Notes under the pieces: generated by a model | Database searches by the model: none | Told to the model about the DNA's origin: nothing | Seen by the model: the letters and a program-made list of their open reading frames with translations, nothing else | Assembly (NCBI GenBank): GCA_048887225.1 | Contig: JBHLJY010000010.1 | Location: forward strand, 23,838 to 87,837 | Direction of reading: 5' to 3' | DNA: 64,000 nt | Origin: Candidatus Hodarchaeota archaeon | GTDB taxonomy: Archaea; Asgardarchaeota; Lokiarchaeia; Sigyniarchaeales; SOKP01 | Program-made: the position numbers and the translations under genes | Shown here: piece by piece, positions 9,443 through 19,000 of the stretch | Position numbering within the stretch: the stretch's first letter is position 1 | Layout of the letters: each line of letters starts with the position of its first letter

Positions 9443-10249
9443 GTGATTTATAAATTGGTAAAAAAAGAGTATATTTGCGACGCAGGTAAGAAAAGTAAAA
9501 TTGTTATTGAAGATTTTACTGTTCAGATTAAAGAAGGTTCAACATTAATATTAGGATTTGCGGGTATTGGTTTAATAGGCCCTATTATAGCAAATCAACT
9601 CATAGAACAAGTCCCAGACATCAAAGAAATAGGATTTCTTGTTTCAGATTATTTACCACCAATATCTGTGTTTTATGAAGGTGTTTTAAAACATCCATTT
9701 CGATTACTTTATTCTCCTACACACAACATAATTGTTGGTGTTTGCGAAGTACCTTTCCAAACTCCATCTGCGTATAATGACTTGGCAAAGACTATATGTA
9801 ATTGGGCATTATCAGAAGACGTTCATGCAAAAGAAATTGTCATTTTTCAAGGCATACCGCAGCGGGGGATAATAGACGATTATCCCGTTTATTATGCTGC
9901 CGAAGCTGAGATGATAGATATCCTTGAAAAGCATGGTATTGCGAAAGTTGAAAAAGGAATTATCGTCGGCCCTGAAGCGACTGTTTTAAATGAAGCTTTA
10001 ACTAATAGATTAAGATCTTATGCTCTCTTTACACCTGTGTTAGAAATTCCTACGCCAGAAGGTGCAGCTGCGATAATTGAAGTCTTAAACGATATTTATA
10101 ATTTAAAACTTGATACATCTAAGCTTATAGAGGAAGGAAAAGAAATTAAAGCCAAAATGTTAGAATTAGCACAGAAAGCGCAACAATATCAGAGACAACA
10201 ACAACTTCCAGAAACGGGGAAAGAGGGATATACCCAATATTTTCAATAG
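9443..10249 (+). CDS. PAC2-family proteasome assembly chaperone-like protein
   Basis: GFAGIGLIG, PPIS...HPFRLLY, PTPEGAA, LIEEGKEI. True start may be the TTG at 9455 after the GTGAT SD. Confidence 0.85.
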   Translation: MIYKLVKKEYICDAGKKSKIVIEDFTVQIKEGSTLILGFAGIGLIGPIIANQLIEQVPDIKEIGFLVSDYLPPISVFYEGVLKHPFRLLYSPTHNIIVGVCEVPFQTPSAYNDLAKTICNWALSEDVHAKEIVIFQGIPQRGIIDDYPVYYAAEAEMIDILEKHGIAKVEKGIIVGPEATVLNEALTNRLRSYALFTPVLEIPTPEGAAAIIEVLNDIYNLKLDTSKLIEEGKEIKAKMLELAQKAQQYQRQQQLPETGKEGYTQYFQ

Positions 10250-10341
10250 TCTAAATTTTTATTATAAAATTTAAATGTGAACAATCCTGCCCAAAAAAAT
10301 CGATAAAACTTGTTAAATTTGAACCCTACTAACTAATTTAT

Positions 10342-10758
10342 TTAACTTATTGCTAACCCTACAAAGATTAAAGTAAAGATTATCATAATGATAAAATAGA
10401 TAATTAATCCAATTATAAATAAATAAACAATAATTCCGAGTACGAGTGTTATACTCTCTTTATATTCTTTACTATAGATTTTTGAAGCTATATAGGTGCC
10501 GATAAGAAGATTAATTAATGTTGATATTATCAATGCTAAAAAAAAACCATAGATGATAAAACTGAAGCTAATGAGAAGTATAATGTTAACAACGAACCAA
10601 AATAAATTCAATATTTTAGTCGACTTATTAATATTGCCCCAATCTTTCGTTATTAATCTCCATCTTGTTATAAATATACTAAGTAGAAATAGTATTATTG
10701 AGGTTGCAATAGCAATAATTATATTTAATATTATTATGTTAGGACTTTTAACGAGCAT
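10342..10758 (-). CDS. Hypothetical 4-TM membrane protein
   Basis: Four hydrophobic segments. Confidence 0.65.
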   Translation of the reverse strand: MLVKSPNIIILNIIIAIATSIILFLLSIFITRWRLITKDWGNINKSTKILNLFWFVVNIILLISFSFIIYGFFLALIISTLINLLIGTYIASKIYSKEYKESITLVLGIIVYLFIIGLIIYFIIMIIFTLIFVGLAIS

Positions 10759-10799
10759 TATCAGATTTTTATCAATTATTTCAAATTATATTTAAATAT

Positions 10800-11357
10800 C
10801 TAATTATTTTCTTTTATTTTCCTTAAAAGAGTTTTTTTAACCTCATCAAAATCGGATAATACTACGATTCCCTCCATCCTTTTCAATTTTTTTATATTTT
10901 CAAGTTCGATATCTCTTATTTTTAAAATTAGGGGTGAACCATCTGGTCTGGCCGTTACAATAGGTTCTAAGTGTTGATCTGAAGGGAATAAATATACAGG
11001 AATGCCTCCTTTTATTGTTTGAGCTACGCAATTTGTTATTAAAGTGTCAGCAATTCCAACTACAATTTTTGCTACAGTATTCGCGGAAACAGGGCATACT
11101 AAGAAGAGATCATATTTTCCAAGCTGAAGTGGTCCTGCTATAAAGGGTTTATTTGGAGTGATTTCAACTTTAACATTTTTTATAACTTCATTTAAATATT
11201 CCCACTGTTTATAGATCTTAACAACTACAGCACCCTCTTTTGATATTATTACAGTAATTTTAATATCTTGGTTCTCTTGCAAAGATTTCATTAAATCTAT
11301 AGATTCTTTTAGAACATATCCCGTTCCAGTAATTCCCCATACAATTTTGAAGGTCAT
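10800..11357 (-). CDS. Archaeoflavoprotein (AfpA-like, HFCD flavoprotein family)
   Basis: WGITGTG, PVSANTVAKIVVGIADTLITN, PSDQ. Confidence 0.8.
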   Translation of the reverse strand: MTFKIVWGITGTGYVLKESIDLMKSLQENQDIKITVIISKEGAVVVKIYKQWEYLNEVIKNVKVEITPNKPFIAGPLQLGKYDLFLVCPVSANTVAKIVVGIADTLITNCVAQTIKGGIPVYLFPSDQHLEPIVTARPDGSPLILKIRDIELENIKKLKRMEGIVVLSDFDEVKKTLLRKIKENN

Positions 11358-11506
11358 ATTAAAAATATTTAAAATTTGAATTTTGTTATTTCTTCTAATA
11401 AATAGTAAAGGATTAAATTAAAATTTTTAAAATTTAAACAAAACAAATAAAAGATTAGGAGTTATATAGCAATAGTTGAGAATTAAAAATTAATGGTAAA
11501 TCGTAT

Positions 11507-12733
11507 ATGAGTCCTTCTAAGTATGCCTATTTAGATTATAACGCAACTACACCAATGGACCCACGAGTGATCGAAGAAATAAATAAACATTTTAAGGAAA
11601 CATATGGTAATGCTTCAAGTTTACATTCAATGGGTCAGAGAGCACATCATGTAATGGAGCAATCTAGAGAGACGATTGCCTCATTAATTAATGCCGATAA
11701 TGAAGATATTTTTTTCACATCATCAGGTACTGAAGCAGACAATCTTGCTATTAAAGGTGTAGCATTCAAATGCAAAGATCGTGGCAATCATATTATTACA
11801 TCGTCGATAGAGCATCATGCGGTCGAAAATCCCTGTAAAGAACTCGAGAAAGAGGGCTATAAAGTTACTTTTTTGCCAGTTGATAAATATGGATTAATTG
11901 ATTTGAATGAATTTGAGAATACTATAACTGACAAAACAATTTTAATTACCATTATATTTGCCAATAATGAAATTGGTACTATAGAGCCAATTAAGGAGAT
12001 AGGGGAGATCGCAAAAAAACATGATATAATTTTTCACACGGATGCTGTCCAAGCGATTGGAAAAATTCCGATAGATGTCCAAGATATGAATATTGATTTA
12101 TTATCTGCGAGTGCTCATAAGCTCTACGGTCCTAAGGGGATTGGTATGCTCTATATCCGTAATAAGGGAAAGAGAAAAGGATGGGGCAAATATATTGAGC
12201 CACTTATGCACGGAGGAGGACATGAAAGAAAAATGAGGCCTAGTACTGAAGCTGTTCCTTTAATAGCAGGTTTTGCTAAGGCTGTCGAACTTTGTAGAGA
12301 AGATATGACAAAAGAAATGGAGCGGCAAACAAAACTTCGAGATAAAATCATTAAAACCGTTACTGAAAATATTGAAGATAGCTATTTGAATGGTCATCCA
12401 ACGCAACGTCTCCCAAATAATGTTAATTTAGGCTTTCAGTTCATAGAAGGTGAATCGATTTTACTAAGTTTAGACATAGAAAATATAGCAGCTAGTACGG
12501 GTTCGGCATGTTCTTCAAAATCATTGGAAGCTTCTCACGTTTTATTGGCGATAGGCTTAAAACCAGAAGAAGCGCATGGTTCATTAAGGATTTCATTTGG
12601 TAGATTTACAACTGAAGAGGATATTGATTATTTTCTTGAAAAGCTACCTCCAATCATTGAACGGTTAAGAAATATGTCGCCGCTCAGGAAGGGAGTTAAA
12701 TATATGTTTGATGAAACTGAGCATCATCACTGA
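11507..12733 (+). CDS. iscS: Cysteine desulfurase IscS/NifS
   Basis: YLDYNATTP, HTDAVQ, SAHK (PLP lysine), STGSACSS catalytic Cys. Confidence 0.96.
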   Translation: MSPSKYAYLDYNATTPMDPRVIEEINKHFKETYGNASSLHSMGQRAHHVMEQSRETIASLINADNEDIFFTSSGTEADNLAIKGVAFKCKDRGNHIITSSIEHHAVENPCKELEKEGYKVTFLPVDKYGLIDLNEFENTITDKTILITIIFANNEIGTIEPIKEIGEIAKKHDIIFHTDAVQAIGKIPIDVQDMNIDLLSASAHKLYGPKGIGMLYIRNKGKRKGWGKYIEPLMHGGGHERKMRPSTEAVPLIAGFAKAVELCREDMTKEMERQTKLRDKIIKTVTENIEDSYLNGHPTQRLPNNVNLGFQFIEGESILLSLDIENIAASTGSACSSKSLEASHVLLAIGLKPEEAHGSLRISFGRFTTEEDIDYFLEKLPPIIERLRNMSPLRKGVKYMFDETEHHH

Positions 12734-13269
12734 TGAATCTTCCTAAATTCATCCTCTAAAATACTCATAAAATACATATTTACAAAATTTCCTTCTATCA
12801 TATAGTGGTCCCTTAAATTTCCTTCTTCAATAAATCCACACTTTTTATAAACGTAGATTCCAATTTGATTATCTTCGGCAACATATAGATAAACTTTATG
12901 AAGCTGATGCTCATTAAAGGCATGATCAAGAAGCAAATTAACTGCACGAATACCATGCCCCTTGTTTCTTTCACTTTTATTACCAATGGTTATAGAGAGA
13001 CAACCGTGTTTAGAAGGCCAATGAATCTGTTCAATCGCAACATTACCTAAATAAGTTCCAGTTTCATTTTCTATCGCGTAGAAAAAATCAACTTTACTTT
13101 TTATCTTACTTTCAAGCCATTCAGCTTCCTCCTCTCGTGTGAAAGGTTTAGTAAAATACGCATAACGGTAAACGACTTCTGGGTCATTTACCCACGTCAT
13201 AATCTTATCAAGATCATCCATAGTTAAGGGTCTAATTTTTGTCTCTTTATATTCGAGCAACTTTAACAC
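12727..13269 (-). CDS. GNAT (RimJ/RimL/SpeG-like) N-acetyltransferase
   Basis: RNKGHG acetyl-CoA motif, N..GI.VYKKCGF.EEG. Confidence 0.88.
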   Translation of the reverse strand: MLKLLEYKETKIRPLTMDDLDKIMTWVNDPEVVYRYAYFTKPFTREEEAEWLESKIKSKVDFFYAIENETGTYLGNVAIEQIHWPSKHGCLSITIGNKSERNKGHGIRAVNLLLDHAFNEHQLHKVYLYVAEDNQIGIYVYKKCGFIEEGNLRDHYMIEGNFVNMYFMSILEDEFRKIHQ

Positions 13270-13477
13270 CTAAATTATTTTGTATTTTAATGAAAATTAC
13301 AGAATTTATACTCTTTTAGATAGCAAAAAAGTTAAAGATTTTCTTTTTTAAAATTAAATGGGGATAACCTCAAATTTAAATCGATTTTTTTTCTTATTTT
13401 AAAAAAGCTAATTTTTTCGTTTCCAAAATTGATAAATTTCGTAAAAATTAATTTATTGGCGAGATTTGTTTGAAATA

Positions 13478-15730
13478 ATGAGTACTGAGAAATTTATATT
13501 CAACAATAAAACAATCGCAATCGAAGAAAAAAAAGAGTTGGATTCTTCTTACAAAATAAAATCTTATAAGAAAAAAATGGAAATGATTGAAAAAAAGAAA
13601 ATTCCTCAAAAAGAGATTTTGGAAGTTATTAATCACTTATTCACGAAAAATCCATTTCTCTCAAAAAAAACTAAAAATTCTGTATCAAAAATAATTTATT
13701 CTAAAGAGGACAGTATAATTATTGCTATAACCAACCACGGAAAAGAGTTTATTTGGAATCGGGACAAATTTATTAGGGAATATGGCTGGTTTTTCTTTGT
13801 TTCTGAGACCGAAGATGGAAGTGCCCCAAAAAAGAAAGCGAAAAAAGTAAATAAAGAAGAAGTCACTGTTAGCACAAATGAATATGAGTTTAAAGACAAC
13901 AAGATTCTACTAAAACAAAAAGAAAATATGCGAGGATTGTATAAAACTAAAGAATATTTCAAGTATTTTAAACTCGTAAATTCGAAAAAAATCCCTCAAA
14001 AACCAATTAAAGAGGTATTGGATGAGTTTTTTGCAGATGATAAAATCCTAGAAAAGGAAAAGTTAACTGTTCAAAGAATCAATTATTATATTGATGAGAA
14101 AGTAATAGTCATTAAATCTATTATTGGAGATAAAATGTATGAAAATCTTGAATGGTTAGTTAAGCAACATGGATGGTACTTCTATATCACAGGTGTGCCC
14201 GTCGGAGATAGTGCTATTTCACTTGCTATTGATAAAATTGAGAGAAGATTTAATGCTGATTATTTTAAAAATATTAGTCTTAATGATCACAGTGAATCAG
14301 AAAAAATTAGAGTTTCAATTTATCCTCTTGTCTTAAGACCTAATCATAACTGTATAATTCTAGGATTAGGTGAAATCACGATCTTGTTAGATTGCGGAAT
14401 TGATTTAGAACATTATTCTCGATATATTGAAGATTATCTCGCATATTTACCTCAGTATATTAAAGACGCTGAAGGAGGTGTTGGGATTGATGAATCTGAA
14501 AATGAAAATGAAACAATTGCTTTCACGCCTAAACTTGACGCTATCTTTATCTCCCATAGTCATTTCGATCATATTTCTGGTCTAAAAGATTTAATCAAAA
14601 AATATCCTGATATTCCAATTCTCTGTTCTCGCATTACCTTGGATTTATATCTGCTTAGAGATTCAGAGTTCTTGAAGCAGTATAGCCACGATATTATTGA
14701 AGACGAGGAATATCAGAAAGTTATCAGAAATGTAATTTATGTAGAAAACGGAGATAAGATGGAATTCAAGAATCGAAATTGTTTTTTATCCTTTTTCCAT
14801 GCAGGACATATGCCAGGCGCTTTAATGCTAATGGCTAAAATTAATGATTTTAGATTCCTTTATACAGGAGATTATACTTATTATGATATTACACCTTTTG
14901 CAGGAACCCAAAGATTTTTGGAGCAAATTTCGAGACCGCTGGACTTTCTCTTAATTGATGCCTCATGTGCATATGAGGAATTTGGTGATCCATCACATCA
15001 ATTTCAAGATTTAATTCTTTTCTTAGAACAAAAAGCAGAATATGGAGATAATTGCCTAATCGGTGCTGACCCATCAAGCCTCGCAGTTAGTTTTATGCTG
15101 ATATTTTGGCGTCATTTTCGCAAGCTTCAATTAAAAAAAGGGTATGAAAAGAGACCTAATATTTACGTTGATCAAATGGTTCGAAAGAACATTCAAGTAC
15201 TAAATCATCGTTATGAATATATTTATGGTCCTATCTCGAGATTAATTCGAGATAAAGCCAATCCTTTTAATTCTATTAAAATAAGATGGTTCGATCTCGA
15301 AGATTTAGAATTTCTACGAAAAAAGAATAACATCATAATTTCTCATCCTCCCGATCTTTCATATGGAATTATTAGAAATATAATTAATGTGATCGGGAGA
15401 AATTCACATAATATAGTATATCTCTCAGGAGCAATTCACGAGCAACCGGGATTAGATCTTATTGGAGGTGCAGATGAAATATCCTTTTCAGAAACTTGGA
15501 AAGTGCCAATTAGAGCTTTATTGTTAAACACGTTTGCACCTCAATTGAAGATTAAGCTTCATGGAGACAAAAAACAATTAACAGAAATGATAAAAAATCT
15601 TGAACCTAAAGAAGTATGTTTTTTTCACCAAAGTCCCGTTAAACTATATGAGGTTGTGGAATATGTAAAAGATTTAGGTGTAGAAAAAGTGAGCGTGCCT
15701 CAAAAAAGAAAATTTATAGTATTAAATTGA
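13478..15730 (+). CDS. MBL-fold beta-CASP ribonuclease-like protein with duplicated N-terminal domain
   Basis: LLDCG, SHSHFDH, AGHMPGA, YTGDY, LHGD, FFHQ; two ~115-aa N-terminal repeats. ATG at 13478 (ORF track uses 13466). Confidence 0.85.
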   Translation: MSTEKFIFNNKTIAIEEKKELDSSYKIKSYKKKMEMIEKKKIPQKEILEVINHLFTKNPFLSKKTKNSVSKIIYSKEDSIIIAITNHGKEFIWNRDKFIREYGWFFFVSETEDGSAPKKKAKKVNKEEVTVSTNEYEFKDNKILLKQKENMRGLYKTKEYFKYFKLVNSKKIPQKPIKEVLDEFFADDKILEKEKLTVQRINYYIDEKVIVIKSIIGDKMYENLEWLVKQHGWYFYITGVPVGDSAISLAIDKIERRFNADYFKNISLNDHSESEKIRVSIYPLVLRPNHNCIILGLGEITILLDCGIDLEHYSRYIEDYLAYLPQYIKDAEGGVGIDESENENETIAFTPKLDAIFISHSHFDHISGLKDLIKKYPDIPILCSRITLDLYLLRDSEFLKQYSHDIIEDEEYQKVIRNVIYVENGDKMEFKNRNCFLSFFHAGHMPGALMLMAKINDFRFLYTGDYTYYDITPFAGTQRFLEQISRPLDFLLIDASCAYEEFGDPSHQFQDLILFLEQKAEYGDNCLIGADPSSLAVSFMLIFWRHFRKLQLKKGYEKRPNIYVDQMVRKNIQVLNHRYEYIYGPISRLIRDKANPFNSIKIRWFDLEDLEFLRKKNNIIISHPPDLSYGIIRNIINVIGRNSHNIVYLSGAIHEQPGLDLIGGADEISFSETWKVPIRALLLNTFAPQLKIKLHGDKKQLTEMIKNLEPKEVCFFHQSPVKLYEVVEYVKDLGVEKVSVPQKRKFIVLN

Positions 15731-15820
15731 ATTTAGCAGATTCTTAATTAATTATTTATCAATATTTATGAGATTTTAGAAAATTTCAATAAATATGAGA
15801 AATTGATATTTTATCATTTA

Positions 15821-15856
15821 TAAACATTAAATTTTAAATCCTATGACCCTATTTAG
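15821..15856 (+). promoter_or_regulatory. Upstream element of iscU-1, duplicated in front of iscU-2
   Basis: taaacattaaattttaaatcct-n5-cctattt matches 16286-16320 taaacattaagttttaaatcct-n5-cctattt. Confidence 0.6.
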
Positions 15857-15891
15857 ATATGGGAAAAATATTTTTATCAAGGTATTAAGAA

Positions 15892-16272
15892 ATGTACTCA
15901 GATAAAGTAATGGAACATTTTAAGAATCCTAAGAATATGGGGGAAATGAAAGACGCAGATTCAGTAGGTGAAGTTGGAAATCCTGTGTGTGGAGATTTAA
16001 TGTATATTTACATTAAAGTTGGAGAACGAGACGGTCAAGAAATCATAGATGATATTACATTTCAAACTTTTGGGTGTGGAGCTGCGATTGCTACTTCGAG
16101 TATGGTAACTGAAATGGCAAAAGGGAAATCTTTAGATGAGGCAATGGAAATAACCCGCAATGACGTTGCCGATGCATTAGATGGGCTCCCTCCGATTAAA
16201 ATGCATTGTAGTAATTTAGCAGCTGACGGATTGCATGATGCTATTAATAAATATCGTGAAAAACAAAAATAA
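15892..16272 (+). CDS. iscU: Fe-S cluster scaffold IscU/NifU-N
   Basis: YSDKVMEHF.NP.N.G, NPVCGD, FGCGAAIA, KMHCS. Confidence 0.96.
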   Translation: MYSDKVMEHFKNPKNMGEMKDADSVGEVGNPVCGDLMYIYIKVGERDGQEIIDDITFQTFGCGAAIATSSMVTEMAKGKSLDEAMEITRNDVADALDGLPPIKMHCSNLAADGLHDAINKYREKQK

Positions 16273-16343
16273 TTTCTCTTTTTCTTAAACATTAAGTTTT
16301 AAATCCTTAAAGCCTATTTTTAAATTATAATCTAGAATTCATT

Positions 16344-16742
16344 TTGAGGTGTCTAACAATATTATATTCAGATAAAGTACTTGAACATTTCAAGAATCCT
16401 AGAAACATGGGAGAAATGGAAGATGCTGACGCGGTCGGAACCGCAGGTAGTGCGGAATGTGGTGATTATATGCATGTTTATATTAAAGTTAAAGAAGTAG
16501 GCGGTCAAAAAATAATCGATGAGATCACATTTCAGACTTTTGGTTGCGCAGCAGCTATAGCCTCATCCAGCATTGCCACAGAGATGGCAAAAGGTATTTC
16601 TTTAGAAGAGGCCGAAAAAATTACGAAAATGGAAATAGTTGAAGCTTTAAATGGTTTACCCGAACCAAAAATTCATTGCAGTGTAATGGTTGCAGATGGA
16701 TTGAAGGAAGCGATTAGAGTTTATCGAGAAAAGCGAAAATAA
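16344..16742 (+). CDS. iscU: Second IscU/NifU-N paralogue (start uncertain: TTG 16344 or ATA 16359)
   Basis: YSDKVLEHF, AECGD, FGCAAAIA, KIHCS. Confidence 0.92.
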   Translation: MRCLTILYSDKVLEHFKNPRNMGEMEDADAVGTAGSAECGDYMHVYIKVKEVGGQKIIDEITFQTFGCAAAIASSSIATEMAKGISLEEAEKITKMEIVEALNGLPEPKIHCSVMVADGLKEAIRVYREKRK

Positions 16743-16781
16743 CAATTTAATCAAAATATAGTATTAACATTAAGAAAAAAT

Positions 16782-17699
16782 ATGAGTAAATCTTCTCCTA
16801 GCGGTCATTTGTTTCAATATCGAACAGTCGCTAAAAAGCGACTAATAATATCGTTAGCGATAACTTTAACAGTTATGATTATTGAAATAATTGGTGGAAT
16901 AATTACGAATAGTATCGCCTTAATAAGTGATGCTGGACACATGTTTACTCACGCATTTGCCATAAGCATAGGTTTATTCGCAATCATAATAGCACGAAAA
17001 CCTCCTTGTCATCACAAAACCTATGGAATGTATCGAGCCGAAGTATTAGCTGCATTTATTAATGGACTCTTTCTTATTCCGATTGTAGGATTAATAATAT
17101 ATGAGTCAATTATGAGAATTTCATATCCACAAGAAATAAATAGTTTTTATATGTTATTGATAGCTTTTATTGGACTTGGAGTAAACATTTCAAGTATTAT
17201 TATTCTTCGAGGAAGCCGTGATAAAAGCCTAAATATTAGAAGTGTGTTTTATCATATGATAGCAGATGCAGCTTCTTCAATAGGCATTGTATTTGCTTCA
17301 ATTATAATATTTACTACTGGTTGGACTATCATTGATCCTATAGTAAGTTTAGGGATAGCTATTGTAATTCTTTATTGGGCATGGGGCATATTAAAGGAGT
17401 CTACAAGAATCCTATTAGAAATGGCTCCTAAAGGGATGAATATAGATACTATTAATGCGGATTTAAAAAGTAATTTTTATGAGATTAAAGAGCTTTATAA
17501 CGCTCATTTGTGGACAATTTGTCCAGGGATGTTAGTTTTTTCAGCTTATCTAAAGTTAAATGATGACATAATTAAAGATCTAAATCAGGAAGACCTAATT
17601 AGAAGAATCAATGATTATTTATTCAAAAGATACGAAATTATTGAATCAACAATTCAATTAATGTCCAAAAATAATGTTGAGAAATGTAATATTATCTAA
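16782..17699 (+). CDS. Cation diffusion facilitator (CzcD/ZitB-like Zn/Co/Cd exporter)
   Basis: SIALISDAGHM, TYG.YRAEVLAA, H.IAD, HLW. Confidence 0.92.
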   Translation: MSKSSPSGHLFQYRTVAKKRLIISLAITLTVMIIEIIGGIITNSIALISDAGHMFTHAFAISIGLFAIIIARKPPCHHKTYGMYRAEVLAAFINGLFLIPIVGLIIYESIMRISYPQEINSFYMLLIAFIGLGVNISSIIILRGSRDKSLNIRSVFYHMIADAASSIGIVFASIIIFTTGWTIIDPIVSLGIAIVILYWAWGILKESTRILLEMAPKGMNIDTINADLKSNFYEIKELYNAHLWTICPGMLVFSAYLKLNDDIIKDLNQEDLIRRINDYLFKRYEIIESTIQLMSKNNVEKCNII

Positions 17700-17719
17700 T
17701 TTATTACAAGAATTTAGAT

Positions 17720-18184
17720 TCAATATTGATTTTTGTGGAGCAAATTTTTGTATGCTTTCGCACAATGTTTACAACAAAAATTCAACTCCTTACCATGAAT
17801 AGTTTCAATATAAAAGTTATTATAAAGATTAACTCCGCAACTTGCGCAAGCTTTTAATTTTGATTGGACTGCAACTTCTATTAAATTATCAAATCGTGAA
17901 AATATTCTGTCAATAAATTCCGATCCTGAAGTCGTAAGCTGAAATCCTTTTGACCGCTTAGAATTGGGACTTAGAACATCCTCAATATAACCCTCTGATT
18001 TGAGGTCATTTAAAAAATCATAGATGCCAGTTGGACTTGCAGTTGTCCCCAAATCTTTCTCAAGAAGCTTTATGATTTGATATCCAGTTATAGAGTTTTT
18101 TGATTTTAATAACAATAATATATAGAATCTTGTTATACTTTGAACTTTTATCTTATGTTTTTTGCTCATTTCAATAACTTTCAA
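17720..18184 (-). CDS. PadR-type wHTH regulator with C-terminal TRASH metal-binding domain
   Basis: TGYQIIK...IY..L..L...GYI, then CASCG...FCCKHC. Confidence 0.85.
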   Translation of the reverse strand: MKVIEMSKKHKIKVQSITRFYILLLLKSKNSITGYQIIKLLEKDLGTTASPTGIYDFLNDLKSEGYIEDVLSPNSKRSKGFQLTTSGSEFIDRIFSRFDNLIEVAVQSKLKACASCGVNLYNNFYIETIHGKELNFCCKHCAKAYKNLLHKNQY

Positions 18185-18270
18185 AATTTATAATTTTTAA
18201 AACTCACTCCTATGTATTTTATAAGGATACAAGATATTAAACATTTCGTATATATCTCATAATAGTTATA

Positions 18271-18294
18271 TTTATATACTAGTTAGTATATAAA
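18271..18294. promoter_or_regulatory. Perfect 11-bp inverted repeat; probable operator
   Basis: tttatatacta-gt-tagtatataaa between the divergent regulator and the copper genes. Confidence 0.65.
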
Positions 18295-18315
18295 AAGATC
18301 AAAAATGGTGATAAT

Positions 18316-18597
18316 ATGATTTTTGACGAGATGCATGAAGATGCGTATCATATGATGGATTGGTGGATTTACTTATTCGGTCCATTTTGGTGGATCTTTA
18401 TGTTGCTTGGATGGGTGATTTATTTCGTGGTTAGTATAATTATTGCTTATTATGTCCATAAAGATGCCATAAGGAGAGGAATTACTAGTTCTGAAGCATG
18501 GTTAATAATAGCTTTTATCTTTAATGTTGTAGGTTTGATACTTTATTTATTAGTAAGAAGTAATTATAGCCAGAAACAGAAGGAGAAGACTAGATGA
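18316..18597 (+). CDS. Small His/Met-rich membrane protein (PLDc_N-like 2-3 TM)
   Basis: GGTGAT SD; N-terminus EMHEDAYHMM; DA..RG...W......N.VGLILYL motif. Confidence 0.75.
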   Translation: MIFDEMHEDAYHMMDWWIYLFGPFWWIFMLLGWVIYFVVSIIIAYYVHKDAIRRGITSSEAWLIIAFIFNVVGLILYLLVRSNYSQKQKEKTR

Positions 18598-18893
18598 TTT
18601 TTGACCACATGAATGATCACATGGATGAATCTATGATGAGTTGGAGTTCATATATGTGGTTTTATATAATTTTGGGATTATTTATTTTTTTTATAATTGC
18701 CATTATCCTTATTTATTTAGTAAATCGAGGATCGCGTAAGGATAAAGAAATTACAAAATTAAGTCAAGAGTCCATACAAGATGGTGTAGCTGAGGAGATG
18801 CAGAGCAAAAATCTATATTTTTGTCCTAATTGTGGTGAAACATTGGAAGATAAAGCTTTAAGATATTGTCCATTGTGTGGTAGTGAAATATAA
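18594..18893 (+). CDS. Small His/Met-rich single-TM protein with C-terminal zinc ribbon
   Basis: MIFDHMNDHMDESMM, TM helix, CPNCG...CPLCG; overlaps the upstream stop by 4 nt. Confidence 0.78.
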   Translation: MIFDHMNDHMDESMMSWSSYMWFYIILGLFIFFIIAIILIYLVNRGSRKDKEITKLSQESIQDGVAEEMQSKNLYFCPNCGETLEDKALRYCPLCGSEI

Positions 18894-19000
18894 ACTTAAT
18901 TTAAATTATTCCATAAACGCTTATATTTACAAAATATAATAAAAACCAATAAATAATTAATTAAATAATGTGTATGTGAGAAAAATGAGAGTGATTTTAT

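Noticed and set aside
12722-12736. iscS ending HHH-TGA-TGA as a read-through or Sec signal
   Set aside because: The protein is complete; the pattern arises from the overlap with the convergent GNAT stop
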